This document shows, one piece after another, positions 1-10,880 of a stretch of DNA of 47,693 bases (position 1 is the stretch's first letter; every line of letters begins with the position of its first letter). Both the position numbers and the translations under genes were made by a program. Under the pieces are notes generated by a model that had not been told where the DNA came from, made no database searches, and saw only the letters and a list, made by a program, of their open reading frames with translations. Location of the stretch: positions 1 to 47,693 of the forward strand of contig CAXGQC010000003.1 in the NCBI GenBank assembly GCA_964011795.1. The letters run 5' to 3'. Source of the DNA: an uncultured bacterium (GTDB lineage: Bacteria > Chloroflexota > Dehalococcoidia > UBA2979).

Positions 1-151
1 CAAGCATGGGACGTTGTAGAACACCTAAGGGCGCGCCACTTGCACCCTGGGAGGCCACTAGCGCGATAGAAGCACCAAGCACGACCAACCAACCTGGGAA
101 AATAGATTTGATACGGAGGATCTGGCTTTTGAGATTAACTTTTATTTTCAA
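1..151 (-). CDS. MFS transporter, N-terminal fragment (runs off window edge)
   Basis: Manual translation from TTG at 151: MKIKVNLKSQILRIKSIFPGWLVVLGASIALVASQGASGAPLGVLQRPML. The IFPGWLVV start resembles IYRGWFVV of the MFS at 37324-38631. Not in the ORF track. Confidence 0.6.
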   Translation of the reverse strand, partial: MKIKVNLKSQILRIKSIFPGWLVVLGASIALVASQGASGAPLGVLQRPML

Positions 152-168
152 TAAATACACGGATATCG

Positions 169-978
169 CTAAACTTTAGCAAGTGGTACTCCACCACTTC
201 TTCTAGACGGATCATCAAGCCCTTCGTACGGCGGGAATAGAGATTCCAGCTCTTTGCGAATAGGATCACCGACCGGAAGAAAACTAGAAAAATCGCCATC
301 AGGCTCTGGGCGTTCTCGCTGACCCGCCACGTCAAAGTTCTTGATCCGCTCCTGCAGCATCATCAGGGCCTGCAATAGGCTCTCTGGTCTGGGGGGGCAT
401 CCTGGCACGTAGACATCCACCGGAGTGAGCAAGTTAACTCCTGGTACTACACTGTACGCGTACGAAAACGGGCCACCCATCGTGGCACAACCACCCATCG
501 AGATTACCCACTTCGGATCAGCCATCTGGAGGTAAATGCGTCTGACGACTGGTGCCATCTTCCAGGTAACCGTTCCTGCCACAATCATGAGATCAGCCTG
601 GCGTGGAGAGGCTCGAAATACCTCAGAACCAAATCGCGCAATGTCATACCGGCTCGTCGCTGAGGCGATCATCTCAATAGCACAACACGCAAGACCAAAC
701 ATTGCTGGCCATAGCGAATGAGCTTTCGACCAATTCAGTATGTTTTCCGTTGTGGTAACAAGGACGTTCTTACGAACTTCTTCCTCAATCGCGGCCTGAT
801 CCACGGTAAGTTCATCCGCGATCGGAATTCCGCCCAAACGCGGTAAGGCTCCCGTGGAACCACTGGACTCAGCAAAATTCATCAAGCCGTCTCGAATCCT
901 GATCTCATCTGTTCCATGCGAAACAGACTGTCCAAAAGGTAAAAAAAGCTCGCTCGAATGTGGTTTCTTTAAATCCAT
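169..978 (-). CDS. nuoB: NADH-quinone oxidoreductase subunit B (stand-alone)
   Basis: Motifs [53 protein letters not shown]. Start uncertain (978, or ATG at 882). Confidence 0.93.
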   Translation of the reverse strand: MDLKKPHSSELFLPFGQSVSHGTDEIRIRDGLMNFAESSGSTGALPRLGGIPIADELTVDQAAIEEEVRKNVLVTTTENILNWSKAHSLWPAMFGLACCAIEMIASATSRYDIARFGSEVFRASPRQADLMIVAGTVTWKMAPVVRRIYLQMADPKWVISMGGCATMGGPFSYAYSVVPGVNLLTPVDVYVPGCPPRPESLLQALMMLQERIKNFDVAGQRERPEPDGDFSSFLPVGDPIRKELESLFPPYEGLDDPSRRSGGVPLAKV

Positions 979-1016
979 TATCTTGATGGTAACTCGGGAA
1001 TCGATACACGTCGAGG

Positions 1017-1057
1017 CAAAATAGAAAGAGCGGCCAGTGGCCGCTCTTTCTATTTTG
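1017..1057. terminator. Intrinsic terminator downstream of groEL, probably bidirectional
   Basis: Perfect 20-bp inverted repeat CAAAATAGAAAGAGCGGCCA-g-TGGCCGCTCTTTCTATTTTG, 13 nt past the groEL stop, with A/T-rich outer arms. Confidence 0.85.
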
Positions 1058-1070
1058 TCTTGCCTTTAGC

Positions 1071-2705
<1,635 letters not shown>

Positions 2706-2794
2706 CTACAATTCCTAATACATTTCAAAATATGCACACTCAAACGGCAGGGTGATCTATCAGAAAATTACGCCCCGCCGAAACATTCACCTAC

Positions 2795-2821
2795 TTAGCA
2801 CTCTAAGACGGTGAGTGCTAA
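2795..2821. promoter_or_regulatory. CIRCE element (HrcA operator)
   Basis: Exact consensus TTAGCACTC-N9(taagacggt)-GAGTGCTAA upstream of groEL. Confidence 0.97.
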
Positions 2822-2849
2822 ATTTACCCACAAGTGAGCCACAGCGCAA
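2821..2849 (-). promoter_or_regulatory. sigma70-type promoter of groEL
   Basis: Minus strand TTGCGC-17 nt-TAAATT; the -10 abuts CIRCE. Confidence 0.65.
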
Positions 2850-2881
2850 GTCCCCTTGCTAAAAATTAGTCACCATCTGAC

Positions 2882-3940
2882 CTAGTCAAACAGAATTGAG
2901 CTTCCCGAAAATTCGGTCACTTCACCGATTATCCAGCATTGTTGCCCCAATGATTCCATCTCACTACAAAATTCTGTTGCATCTGGAGGTGCAAGCGATA
3001 AGAGTAGAGGCCCCGATGTTTGGGGATCGAAAAATAGATCTAGCAAGTTCGATGACAAAGTATCAGGGTTACCTATCTTTTTCAGAAGGCTCGCTTTATT
3101 CGAGTCCAATCCGCCTGACAACCCTGAATTATCAACAAGGTCAATAACATCAGCAAATAATGGAACTGATCCACTACGGATGACAAGTGTCACGTTAGAT
3201 TGATCGGCCATTTCCGCAGCGTGGCCTACAAGACCAAATCCTGTGACATCGGTCATTGCACTCACATTGCACCGCAGCCCGATCTCTGATCCTTTCTGAT
3301 TTAGAACCAACATCGACTGAATTACTGCTGGAAGTAGTGATGCTGCTAGCTCTGCATCCCCTTTGCATGCTGTCAAAGCTACACCGGTACCGATCGGCTT
3401 AGTGATAACAAGGAGATCATTTAGCTGGGCACCACTCGTCCGAACCAATTTTTCAGATTGTACAAGCCCTGAAACAGAGAGCCCAAACAAAGGCTCCTGG
3501 GACTTAACCGTGTGTCCGCCGGCCACCAACGCTCCTGCCTCGAGCAACTTCTCAGCCCCGCCACGAAGTACCTCCTGAAGATAAGTAGTATCTAAGTCCT
3601 CAGGCCAACCAACTATATTGAGGCCGAATTTGACGTCTCCACCCATCGCATACACATCTGACATTGCATTCGCAGCGGATATAGCTCCATATGTCCATGG
3701 ATCGTCGACTATCGGAGGGAAAAAGTCGACAGTCTGAATGACTGACATACCATCAGCTACTTCATAAACGGCCGCATCATCAGATTCTCGCAGGCCAACG
3801 AGCATATTCTCATCAACTGAGTCCTGAAACATATCATGAATGGGCTGCAGCACCTGCAGCAGCGGTTCGAGACCGAGTTTCGCTCCTCAGCCTCCACATT
3901 CTGCAAGTTCCGTCAAACGTATTTGATCTCTTTTTGTCAC
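2882..3940 (-). CDS. selD: Selenide, water dikinase SelD; selenoprotein with Sec18 encoded by UGA at 3887-3889
   Basis: From GTG 3940: MTKRDQIRLTELAECGG-UGA-GAKLGLEPLLQVLQPIH, in frame with ORF 2882-3853. Also DDAAVY, QTVDFFPPIVDDP, AMTDVTGFGL, DPQTSG. 352 aa. Confidence 0.95.
3844..3884 (-). promoter_or_regulatory. Putative bacterial SECIS element
   Basis: Immediately 3' of UGA: AGCG..UCG-GUCU-CGA..CGCU hairpin (3861-3884), then GCUGCAG-GUG-CUGCAGC hairpin (3844-3860). Confidence 0.6.
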
Positions 3941-4013
3941 CTAAAGGATTCCCATAATTACTCATCCGCTAAGATTTGTACCACATGGGTCTAGTGTAAA
4001 GGCGAAAGCTTAA

Positions 4014-4676
4014 GTGAAACCAAAAAAAAAGTGGAAACCCAATGAAATAATTGAAATTCTAGATGAAGCTTATGCTCGCCCGCCTCAGCAGGTGTCTAGA
4101 GATCCGATGTTCGAGCTAATTCTTACTGTGCTATCGCAGCATACCTCCGACCATAACTCAGGAGAAGCGATGCATAGACTACTCGAGAAATTCCCATCAT
4201 GGGAGTTGATATTGTCCTCAGACGTAGCCGAACTAGAGGAAGCAATTAGACCCGGTGGGCTTGCTCCAACAAAATCCAAACGCATAACTTATATCCTTAG
4301 AGAGATAGCCGATCGGAACGATAGTTTCGACTTATCATTTCTTGAATTCATGCCCCTCACTGAGGCACGCGACTGGCTCGTGTCACTTCCAGGAGTTGGC
4401 CCGAAGACTGCTGCCTGCGTTTTACTCTTCGCGCTTGGTAGACCCGTACTGCCAGTAGACACTCACGTAGAGAGAGTATCTAAGCGACTTGGCTTGATTC
4501 CAGCGAATATGACGGCAGAAAAAGCACATGTTGAGCTCGAAGAGAGCGTTCCTCCAAAAGACATATATGCCTACCATATGGACCTTATCCAACATGGAAG
4601 ACGGACATGCCACGCGCGCAATCCAGCATGCGAAGCATGCCCTCTTACGGACAAGTGCCCTAGGGTTGGGTTATGA
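4014..4676 (+). CDS. nth: Endonuclease III (HhH-GPD glycosylase, 4Fe-4S)
   Basis: LPGVGPKTA HhH motif, PVDTHV, C-terminal CHARNPACEACPLTDKC cluster motif. Confidence 0.93.
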   Translation: MKPKKKWKPNEIIEILDEAYARPPQQVSRDPMFELILTVLSQHTSDHNSGEAMHRLLEKFPSWELILSSDVAELEEAIRPGGLAPTKSKRITYILREIADRNDSFDLSFLEFMPLTEARDWLVSLPGVGPKTAACVLLFALGRPVLPVDTHVERVSKRLGLIPANMTAEKAHVELEESVPPKDIYAYHMDLIQHGRRTCHARNPACEACPLTDKCPRVGL

Positions 4677-4677
4677 A

Positions 4678-5346
4678 CTAACTTCCATTTCTGCGGAGTT
4701 GCTGAGAGCGTCGCTTCAATAACCACAGAGAAATCAGCACTGTAAGTCCGGAACCGGTGAAAGCAATCGGTCTGGATATCAAAACAAAGTATTCCACAGG
4801 AACCGAACTCAATAGGAGGAATGTGCGAAACAATCCAGTTGTGAGATTGACACAACCAACCACAGCCGTAACTTGCTTAAGATAGCGGGTTTCGGATTCA
4901 ATCTTTCCTCGAACAGCTGGGAACATCTCATGCATGAGCAGCCCAGCAAGCGGACGATTGATATAAATGGAAATAAACATCGCTGTTGCTGTGAGGAAAT
5001 CCTCAGCCGGATCTGTGGCAAAAAACAGTTTCGCGCTACCCGTGATAAGTCCGAGGATGGCGCCACCAAAAAATAGGGCGCCAAACAGAAACAATAACCA
5101 ACGTAGTCGAACTCTATTTCGAGTAAGAAACAGCACATAAATACCAGAAATAACAGCCACGATAATCCCGAGACGTTCATCCCGATCCACTGCATAGGAG
5201 ATAAAAGGGATAGGAAGAATTGAGAACAGTACCGTCCTATCAAGACGGATTAATTCCCGCATAGATATGCTAGCTAAACCAGATTTGGAGCCGTCAATAC
5301 CCTCATTTGATCGTGTGCCCATCTCACAATCTTTACTACTCATCAT
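4678..5346 (-). CDS. Hypothetical multi-pass membrane protein (VC0807/DUF3159-like)
   Basis: About 6 hydrophobic segments; SIYINRPLAG resembles the 'S...RPL' motif of that group. Overlaps the GNAT stop, suggesting coupling. Confidence 0.6.
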   Translation of the reverse strand: MMSSKDCEMGTRSNEGIDGSKSGLASISMRELIRLDRTVLFSILPIPFISYAVDRDERLGIIVAVISGIYVLFLTRNRVRLRWLLFLFGALFFGGAILGLITGSAKLFFATDPAEDFLTATAMFISIYINRPLAGLLMHEMFPAVRGKIESETRYLKQVTAVVGCVNLTTGLFRTFLLLSSVPVEYFVLISRPIAFTGSGLTVLISLWLLKRRSQQLRRNGS

Positions 5347-5857
5347 CTCCTTCTTGCTCTAGAACGAACGCCATTTCTTGATTTGATCGCCAGCTACCAA
5401 ACTTATGACCTGTCTCTGGCTCAATCCCTACTGTACTAAAGCCCATTTTTTTATGCAGATTAATTGATGCTACATTCTCGGAATCTATCCAAGCTACGAG
5501 AACATGTAGACCGTAGTCTCTTGCGGCTTGAATTAGTGCGTCAAGAAGGGAAGTCCCGATACCTTGCCCTTGAAATTTCTCGTCCACATAAACAGTACTC
5601 TCACGAGTATAACGGTACCCTCCCCGGGCTCCCCGATATTTGGTGAGATAGGCAAAGCCCGCAATAACCCCCTGCTCCGAATAGACAAGGATCGGCTCAC
5701 CATTTTCAGCCGTGTGCTCAGCGAACCATTCGAGACGTTCGGGCTCGTCCCATTCCGTCAGGTGCCAAGTGGCAGTTCCTTCACGGATCTCGCGATTATA
5801 AATCGCATTAATGTTTGGCATGTCTTCTTTGTTCGCCAGCCTAATCTCTGTGGTCAT
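5336..5857 (-). CDS. GNAT N-acetyltransferase, phosphinothricin/methionine-sulfoximine acetyltransferase (YncA/MnaT) family
   Basis: IYNREIREGTATW, YRYTRESTVYV, QGQGIG, NVASINLHKKMGF, GHKFGSW. Confidence 0.88.
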   Translation of the reverse strand: MTTEIRLANKEDMPNINAIYNREIREGTATWHLTEWDEPERLEWFAEHTAENGEPILVYSEQGVIAGFAYLTKYRGARGGYRYTRESTVYVDEKFQGQGIGTSLLDALIQAARDYGLHVLVAWIDSENVASINLHKKMGFSTVGIEPETGHKFGSWRSNQEMAFVLEQEGDDE

Positions 5858-5922
5858 AGAGGGTATAATACGGAATCTCTGCTAATCGTGCGGAGTGTAG
5901 CTTGATAAAGAGAGGGCGAAGC

Positions 5923-7152
5923 ATGCAAAATCCTCCATCAGATCTCATGTGGATTGAACGCGGGAATATAACCTCTCCCTCAGGTTTTTCGGCCGACGCC
6001 ATTTTTTCCGGCGTTAAAACTTACGGGGAAGAGCCTAAATTCGATCTCGGCATATTACTCAGCGAGGATGAGTGTACTGTCGCCGGAGTATTCACTCAAA
6101 ATTCAGTAACAGGATGGCCGGTTCAGCGATCTCGTGAGTTGCTAGCAAAAAATACTAACTTCAAAGGGCTGATCGTCAACTCTGGCAACGCTAATACTAT
6201 GACCGGCCCTCAGGGGAAGATTGACGGCGAAGATATGTGCATACAGGCCGCTACGCTCTCAAACACGCTCCCTTCGAAAATCCTCAATGCGTCGACCGGT
6301 GTGATAGGACGTCGTCTCCCGATGGCAACTATTTCGACAGGAATTCAATCCCTCCAACCCAGCGCCTCCGGAGGACATAACTTCGCACGATCGATCATGA
6401 CTACTGACACGAAGGTAAAAGAGTGTGCGATTCGTTTTTCAGTAGAAAATCAAGAATACATAATTGGAGGATGTGCCAAAGGTTCTGGGATGATTCACCC
6501 AAATATGGCAACGATGTTCGGATTCATTACAACCGACGCCAATGTCGATCCTTCTTGGATGCAAGATACCCTAAAAGTCACGGTAGACCAGACATTCAAC
6601 ATGCTCGATATCGATATGGATACGTCCACCAGCGACACAGTATTGATGCTCGCATCCCAAAAAGTCGGCAGCCCAATAGATGATGAGCATCCGGCTGCGG
6701 GATCGTTTAAAAATGCTCTCTACTTGCTCTCAGAGAAATTAGTTCGAGACCTCGCCGCGGATGGTGAGGGGGCAACGAGCCTCATCCAAGCTCAAGTTAA
6801 AGGTACGTCCTCGTTACAGTCGGCACGGAACATTGCTCGAACAATCGTTTCATCACCGCTTATTAAAACCATGGTCACAGGCAATGATCCCAACTGGGGT
6901 AGAGTATTGATGGCAATTGGGCGAGCCGAATCTGAAATCGATACTAATACCATTTCAGTCAATATTTCTGGGACGACTGTTTTTGAGAACGGGGCACCAC
7001 GTGATATCGATCTAAACAAACTGTCACAGTCCATGGATACCGATGAAGTGATTATTGATGTAGCGGTTGGTAATGGGATTTTCGAAGCAACGGCGTGGGG
7101 TTGCAATTTAACTGACGAGTACGTTCATATTAACGCTGATTACACAACGTAA
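5923..7152 (+). CDS. argJ: Bifunctional glutamate N-acetyltransferase/ornithine acetyltransferase
   Basis: NSGNAN, STGVIG, IMTTDT, AKGSGMIHPNMATM, DTSTSDT, DGEGAT, DPNWGR, INADYTT. ATG 5923 follows GAGGG. Confidence 0.97.
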   Translation: MQNPPSDLMWIERGNITSPSGFSADAIFSGVKTYGEEPKFDLGILLSEDECTVAGVFTQNSVTGWPVQRSRELLAKNTNFKGLIVNSGNANTMTGPQGKIDGEDMCIQAATLSNTLPSKILNASTGVIGRRLPMATISTGIQSLQPSASGGHNFARSIMTTDTKVKECAIRFSVENQEYIIGGCAKGSGMIHPNMATMFGFITTDANVDPSWMQDTLKVTVDQTFNMLDIDMDTSTSDTVLMLASQKVGSPIDDEHPAAGSFKNALYLLSEKLVRDLAADGEGATSLIQAQVKGTSSLQSARNIARTIVSSPLIKTMVTGNDPNWGRVLMAIGRAESEIDTNTISVNISGTTVFENGAPRDIDLNKLSQSMDTDEVIIDVAVGNGIFEATAWGCNLTDEYVHINADYTT

Positions 7153-7161
7153 AGAGGCAAA

Positions 7162-7929
7162 ATGTCTACAATTACTGAAATCCTGACCGTAGTAAAAATA
7201 GGAGGTTCCACCCTCGGCGCGAATGACACAACCCTCACGGATATTCTTGAACTATCTGATACGCAAAGGAAATTCGTAATCGTGCATGGCGGGGGAGCGC
7301 TGATCACTGAAATGCTTTCTCGATTAGAAATAGACACCGAATTCATAGAGGGTCTCCGCTCTACCCCGAAGGAGGCGATAGACATCGTGATAGCCGTTCT
7401 CTGCGGAATAGTTAATACCCAACTCGTGACTGCAATTAACGACCTCGGCGGCAGAGCAGTTGGCATAACTGGTGCAGACACCAATCTATTCCAAGCTAAG
7501 CAACTGCGAGAAGAATTAGATTTTGTCGGCACAGTCAGTAAAGTTAATCCTGAATTGGTGATTAACCTCATTGAAAATGATTATCTCCCTGTCGTCGCGC
7601 CTGTAGGAGTGTCAATAGGCGCCCATTGGAATATCAATGCTGATTCAGCGGCGGCGGCTTTGGCACGGGCGATTGGTGCGGATGAGCTTGTCTTTATGAC
7701 AGACGTCGATGGAGTTTCTGACGAAAATGGGAATGTGCTGACTGATATCACAGAATCACAGATCCGGGATCTGCAGGAAACAAAAGTACTCACTGGAGGT
7801 ATGATTCCCAAAATAGAGGCATGTCTGGATGCGGCGGGAGATGGCATCGATACTCGGATAGCTAATGGCACTATTCAAGGTAGTCTCGTAGAGGCGCTTT
7901 CAGGGAACATTGGTACCAGGATTAGCTGA
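7162..7929 (+). CDS. argB: Acetylglutamate kinase
   Basis: VVKIGGS, IVHGGG, NINADSAA, MTDVDGV, GGMIPKIEAC. Confidence 0.96.
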   Translation: MSTITEILTVVKIGGSTLGANDTTLTDILELSDTQRKFVIVHGGGALITEMLSRLEIDTEFIEGLRSTPKEAIDIVIAVLCGIVNTQLVTAINDLGGRAVGITGADTNLFQAKQLREELDFVGTVSKVNPELVINLIENDYLPVVAPVGVSIGAHWNINADSAAAALARAIGADELVFMTDVDGVSDENGNVLTDITESQIRDLQETKVLTGGMIPKIEACLDAAGDGIDTRIANGTIQGSLVEALSGNIGTRIS

Positions 7930-8018
7930 TTCAAATTTCAAGAAAAGGTGTTAACTTGTTTTCACCCCAACACGTGAGAAAATGGTATACACACATTTAG
8001 CGTTAAGGAATTCATTCA

Positions 8019-10838
8019 ATGGGCTTTTTTAATGACAGAGACGACTTGGGGCCACCGCCAGATATGTTTCGATTTGGTAGAGGTGAAGGTTCTGGGTCAA
8101 TATCGGTTAAATGGTTTTTAGTCGCGGGGCTAGCAATATTATCGTTCATCGGACTCAGTACCGGCAAAACTATATTTGCGAATGTGCTGTGGTTTGAATC
8201 AGTCGGCTTCCAGGGAGTCTACTCGACTCTGATCGTCACAAAGTTAGTACTCTTTGCCATAGGATTCGCTATAGCGGCAACTCTACTTGGGCTAAATGTC
8301 TGGCTGGCGAAACGTTTCGCTCCTGATGCGTCGAGCCAGTTAATTGAGGAGGGAATAAACCCGCAGTCCTTAAACACAATCCTAACCGTCATAGCAAGTG
8401 CCATAACAATTTTCTTGGCGATTCTGTTTGGCGTTGCTCTGTCGTCAGGCTGGGAGCAGGTGCTGCTCTGGTCAAATGGTGTGGCGTTCAACTTGGAGGA
8501 CGCACAATTCGGCAAAGATCTTTCGTTTTACACTTTTGACCTACCATTTTTTAGGCTACTCCACGGATGGGTCACCTGGCTGATAATTATCAGTGGTGTT
8601 TTGGCAGGCGCAATATACGGATTGGCACTATTTGGGAGTTCAGTCGGACAATTCAGCATGTCGCTCTCCCGTCCAATGCGAGCTCATGTTTCTGTTCTAG
8701 CTGGACTTTTATTATTAATGTTCACTCTCGGAACATACTTTGACATATTTGATCTAGTGAATAAGCCTGGCGGCATCATTTATGGCGCAACATACTCAGA
8801 TGTAAATGCCAGACTTCCCGCGATGTACATAATTATTTTGCTCGGGTTATTCGCGGGGGTAGTCACTATTGCAAATGCTTTCCTTGCAAAATCTGGCTTT
8901 CAGGCCCCTATCTTCGCCGTGGGAATTTGGATAGCAGCAAGTGTGATCGGTGGAGCTATATATCCTTCCACGGTCCAAAGCCTACAAGTAAGCCCAAACG
9001 AGAGGGCCAAAGAAGAGACGTACATAGCCCGAAATATCGCTGCTACACGTTATGCCTACGGCCTAGACGGAATAGACGAAAGGCAATACCCAGCTAATGA
9101 AACGGTCACTCCTAGTGAGTTTGCCGCGAACCCTAAAACATTAAAAAATGTGCGATTACTCGATCCAATCCCGGTGCGAGACACCTTTAATCAAATTCAG
9201 GGTATCCGGCAACTCTATTTGTTTAAGGATGTGGATGTCGATCGGTACGAGATTGATGACGAAATCCGGCAGGTCATGATTAGTGCTCGGGAACTAGATA
9301 TTCAACGAGCTCCCGACAGCAACTGGACACGCGAAAGGCTTCAGTACACACACGGCTATGGTGCCGTGATTTCCCCAGTCAATGAATTCGTCGTAGATGA
9401 GGGGCTGCCTGTACTGTGGACCAGTGACATTCCTCCCGTCTCTGACGTCTTACCACTTAGTGAAACCGGTGCTCGAATATATTTTGGGGAACTCACTAAT
9501 CATCCTGTAGTTGGTAATTCGAATGAACCCGAATTTGATTATCCTGAAGGTGAAGGGAATGTCACCACTCGTTATCAAGAAGATCGCGGAATACAGCTGA
9601 ATTCGCTTGCCAAAAGACTCGCGTTGGCTTGGGAGTTGTCCGATTGGAATCTCTTGATTTCAGGTCAGATAACCTCAGAGTCCAGACTACTGATGAAGAG
9701 GAACATCAAAGAACGAATTGATGCTGTTGCACCTTTTGTCATGATGGACAGTGACCCTTACCTAGTAACAATCGATGAGGAACTTGTCTGGATTGTTCCA
9801 GGTTACACCTCGACAAATGCAATCCCATACTCTCAACCGAGGGGCAACGGAGCGATAAACTATATCCGTAATTCTGTCGTAACCACTGTCGATGCACAGA
9901 CCGGGGACATTACCTTCTATCTCATTGATGAGGTTGATCCAATAATAAATTCTTGGGCGAAAATCTTTCCAGATTTATTCACTTCACAGGATGAAATGCC
10001 GGCTTCAATTCGAGAGCACTTGCGGTATCCGCCTGACTTATTCAAGCTGCAAAGAGATTTATATCTCAGATACCACATCACTGATCCAACCGTATTTTTC
10101 CTCTCTGAAGATCTGTGGAATATTCCAACTGAACGATTCCACCGGACCGAACAGCCAGTTGAACCATACTTTGTGTTAATGACACTACCGGACAAAGAAA
10201 ATAATGCAGTGGTGGAGGAACAGGTCGAGTTCGTGCTGATGACGCCCTTCACTCCACTTAACCGAAGAAACACAATTGCCTGGTTGGCGGGACGGTCAGA
10301 TGGCGAGCATTACGGAGACTTAGTGTCATACCGTTTCCCCACTGATTCAAATGTGTTGGGACCAGGACAAATCGAGAGTCTCATCGATCAAGATCCGGTC
10401 ATTGCACAGCAGCTTACACTCTGGGATCAGGCCGGTTCTGAAGTGATCCGTGGCAATTTGTTGATGATTCCAGTGGGTTCTTCTTTCCTTTTCGTTGAAC
10501 CTATTTATCTGCAAGCTGAGGCATCAAGACTTCCACAGCTACAGCGTGTCGTGGCAGCGAATGGAAACCAGATCGTCATGGAAAAGACTCTTCCACTTGC
10601 CATTGAAGTTCTCCTCGGTCAGCGTCCATCCTCTTTGGATGGCAAGATCCTACAAAATCAGGATGGCGATACAGGTGGCGCAGATCAGCAAGATAGCCCA
10701 GTTATTACCTCTGGTCTTGATCTCAGCGATCTCCTAAATGATGCAAAACTTTCTACCGAGCAGCTCGAGAAAGAAATCGCTAAACTACGAGAACTGATAG
10801 ACGCCCTGCAAGAGGCACTTGAGCAAGTGGGAGAATAG
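8019..10838 (+). CDS. UPF0182 family membrane protein
   Basis: N-terminal TM bundle, DLSFYTFDLPF, GATYSDV, DVDVDRY, YTHGYG, RIYFGE, NYIRNSV, HLRYP, VIRGNLL, EPIYLQA. Confidence 0.93.
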   Translation: MGFFNDRDDLGPPPDMFRFGRGEGSGSISVKWFLVAGLAILSFIGLSTGKTIFANVLWFESVGFQGVYSTLIVTKLVLFAIGFAIAATLLGLNVWLAKRFAPDASSQLIEEGINPQSLNTILTVIASAITIFLAILFGVALSSGWEQVLLWSNGVAFNLEDAQFGKDLSFYTFDLPFFRLLHGWVTWLIIISGVLAGAIYGLALFGSSVGQFSMSLSRPMRAHVSVLAGLLLLMFTLGTYFDIFDLVNKPGGIIYGATYSDVNARLPAMYIIILLGLFAGVVTIANAFLAKSGFQAPIFAVGIWIAASVIGGAIYPSTVQSLQVSPNERAKEETYIARNIAATRYAYGLDGIDERQYPANETVTPSEFAANPKTLKNVRLLDPIPVRDTFNQIQGIRQLYLFKDVDVDRYEIDDEIRQVMISARELDIQRAPDSNWTRERLQYTHGYGAVISPVNEFVVDEGLPVLWTSDIPPVSDVLPLSETGARIYFGELTNHPVVGNSNEPEFDYPEGEGNVTTRYQEDRGIQLNSLAKRLALAWELSDWNLLISGQITSESRLLMKRNIKERIDAVAPFVMMDSDPYLVTIDEELVWIVPGYTSTNAIPYSQPRGNGAINYIRNSVVTTVDAQTGDITFYLIDEVDPIINSWAKIFPDLFTSQDEMPASIREHLRYPPDLFKLQRDLYLRYHITDPTVFFLSEDLWNIPTERFHRTEQPVEPYFVLMTLPDKENNAVVEEQVEFVLMTPFTPLNRRNTIAWLAGRSDGEHYGDLVSYRFPTDSNVLGPGQIESLIDQDPVIAQQLTLWDQAGSEVIRGNLLMIPVGSSFLFVEPIYLQAEASRLPQLQRVVAANGNQIVMEKTLPLAIEVLLGQRPSSLDGKILQNQDGDTGGADQQDSPVITSGLDLSDLLNDAKLSTEQLEKEIAKLRELIDALQEALEQVGE

Positions 10839-10880
10839 CACTTCAGGCCGACGGGCCGATTCCCAGAAAGGTCCATACTG

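Noticed and set aside
2882-3853. selD as a truncated gene or pseudogene
   Set aside because: The UGA is at the catalytic Sec position, hairpins follow it, and selB is present.
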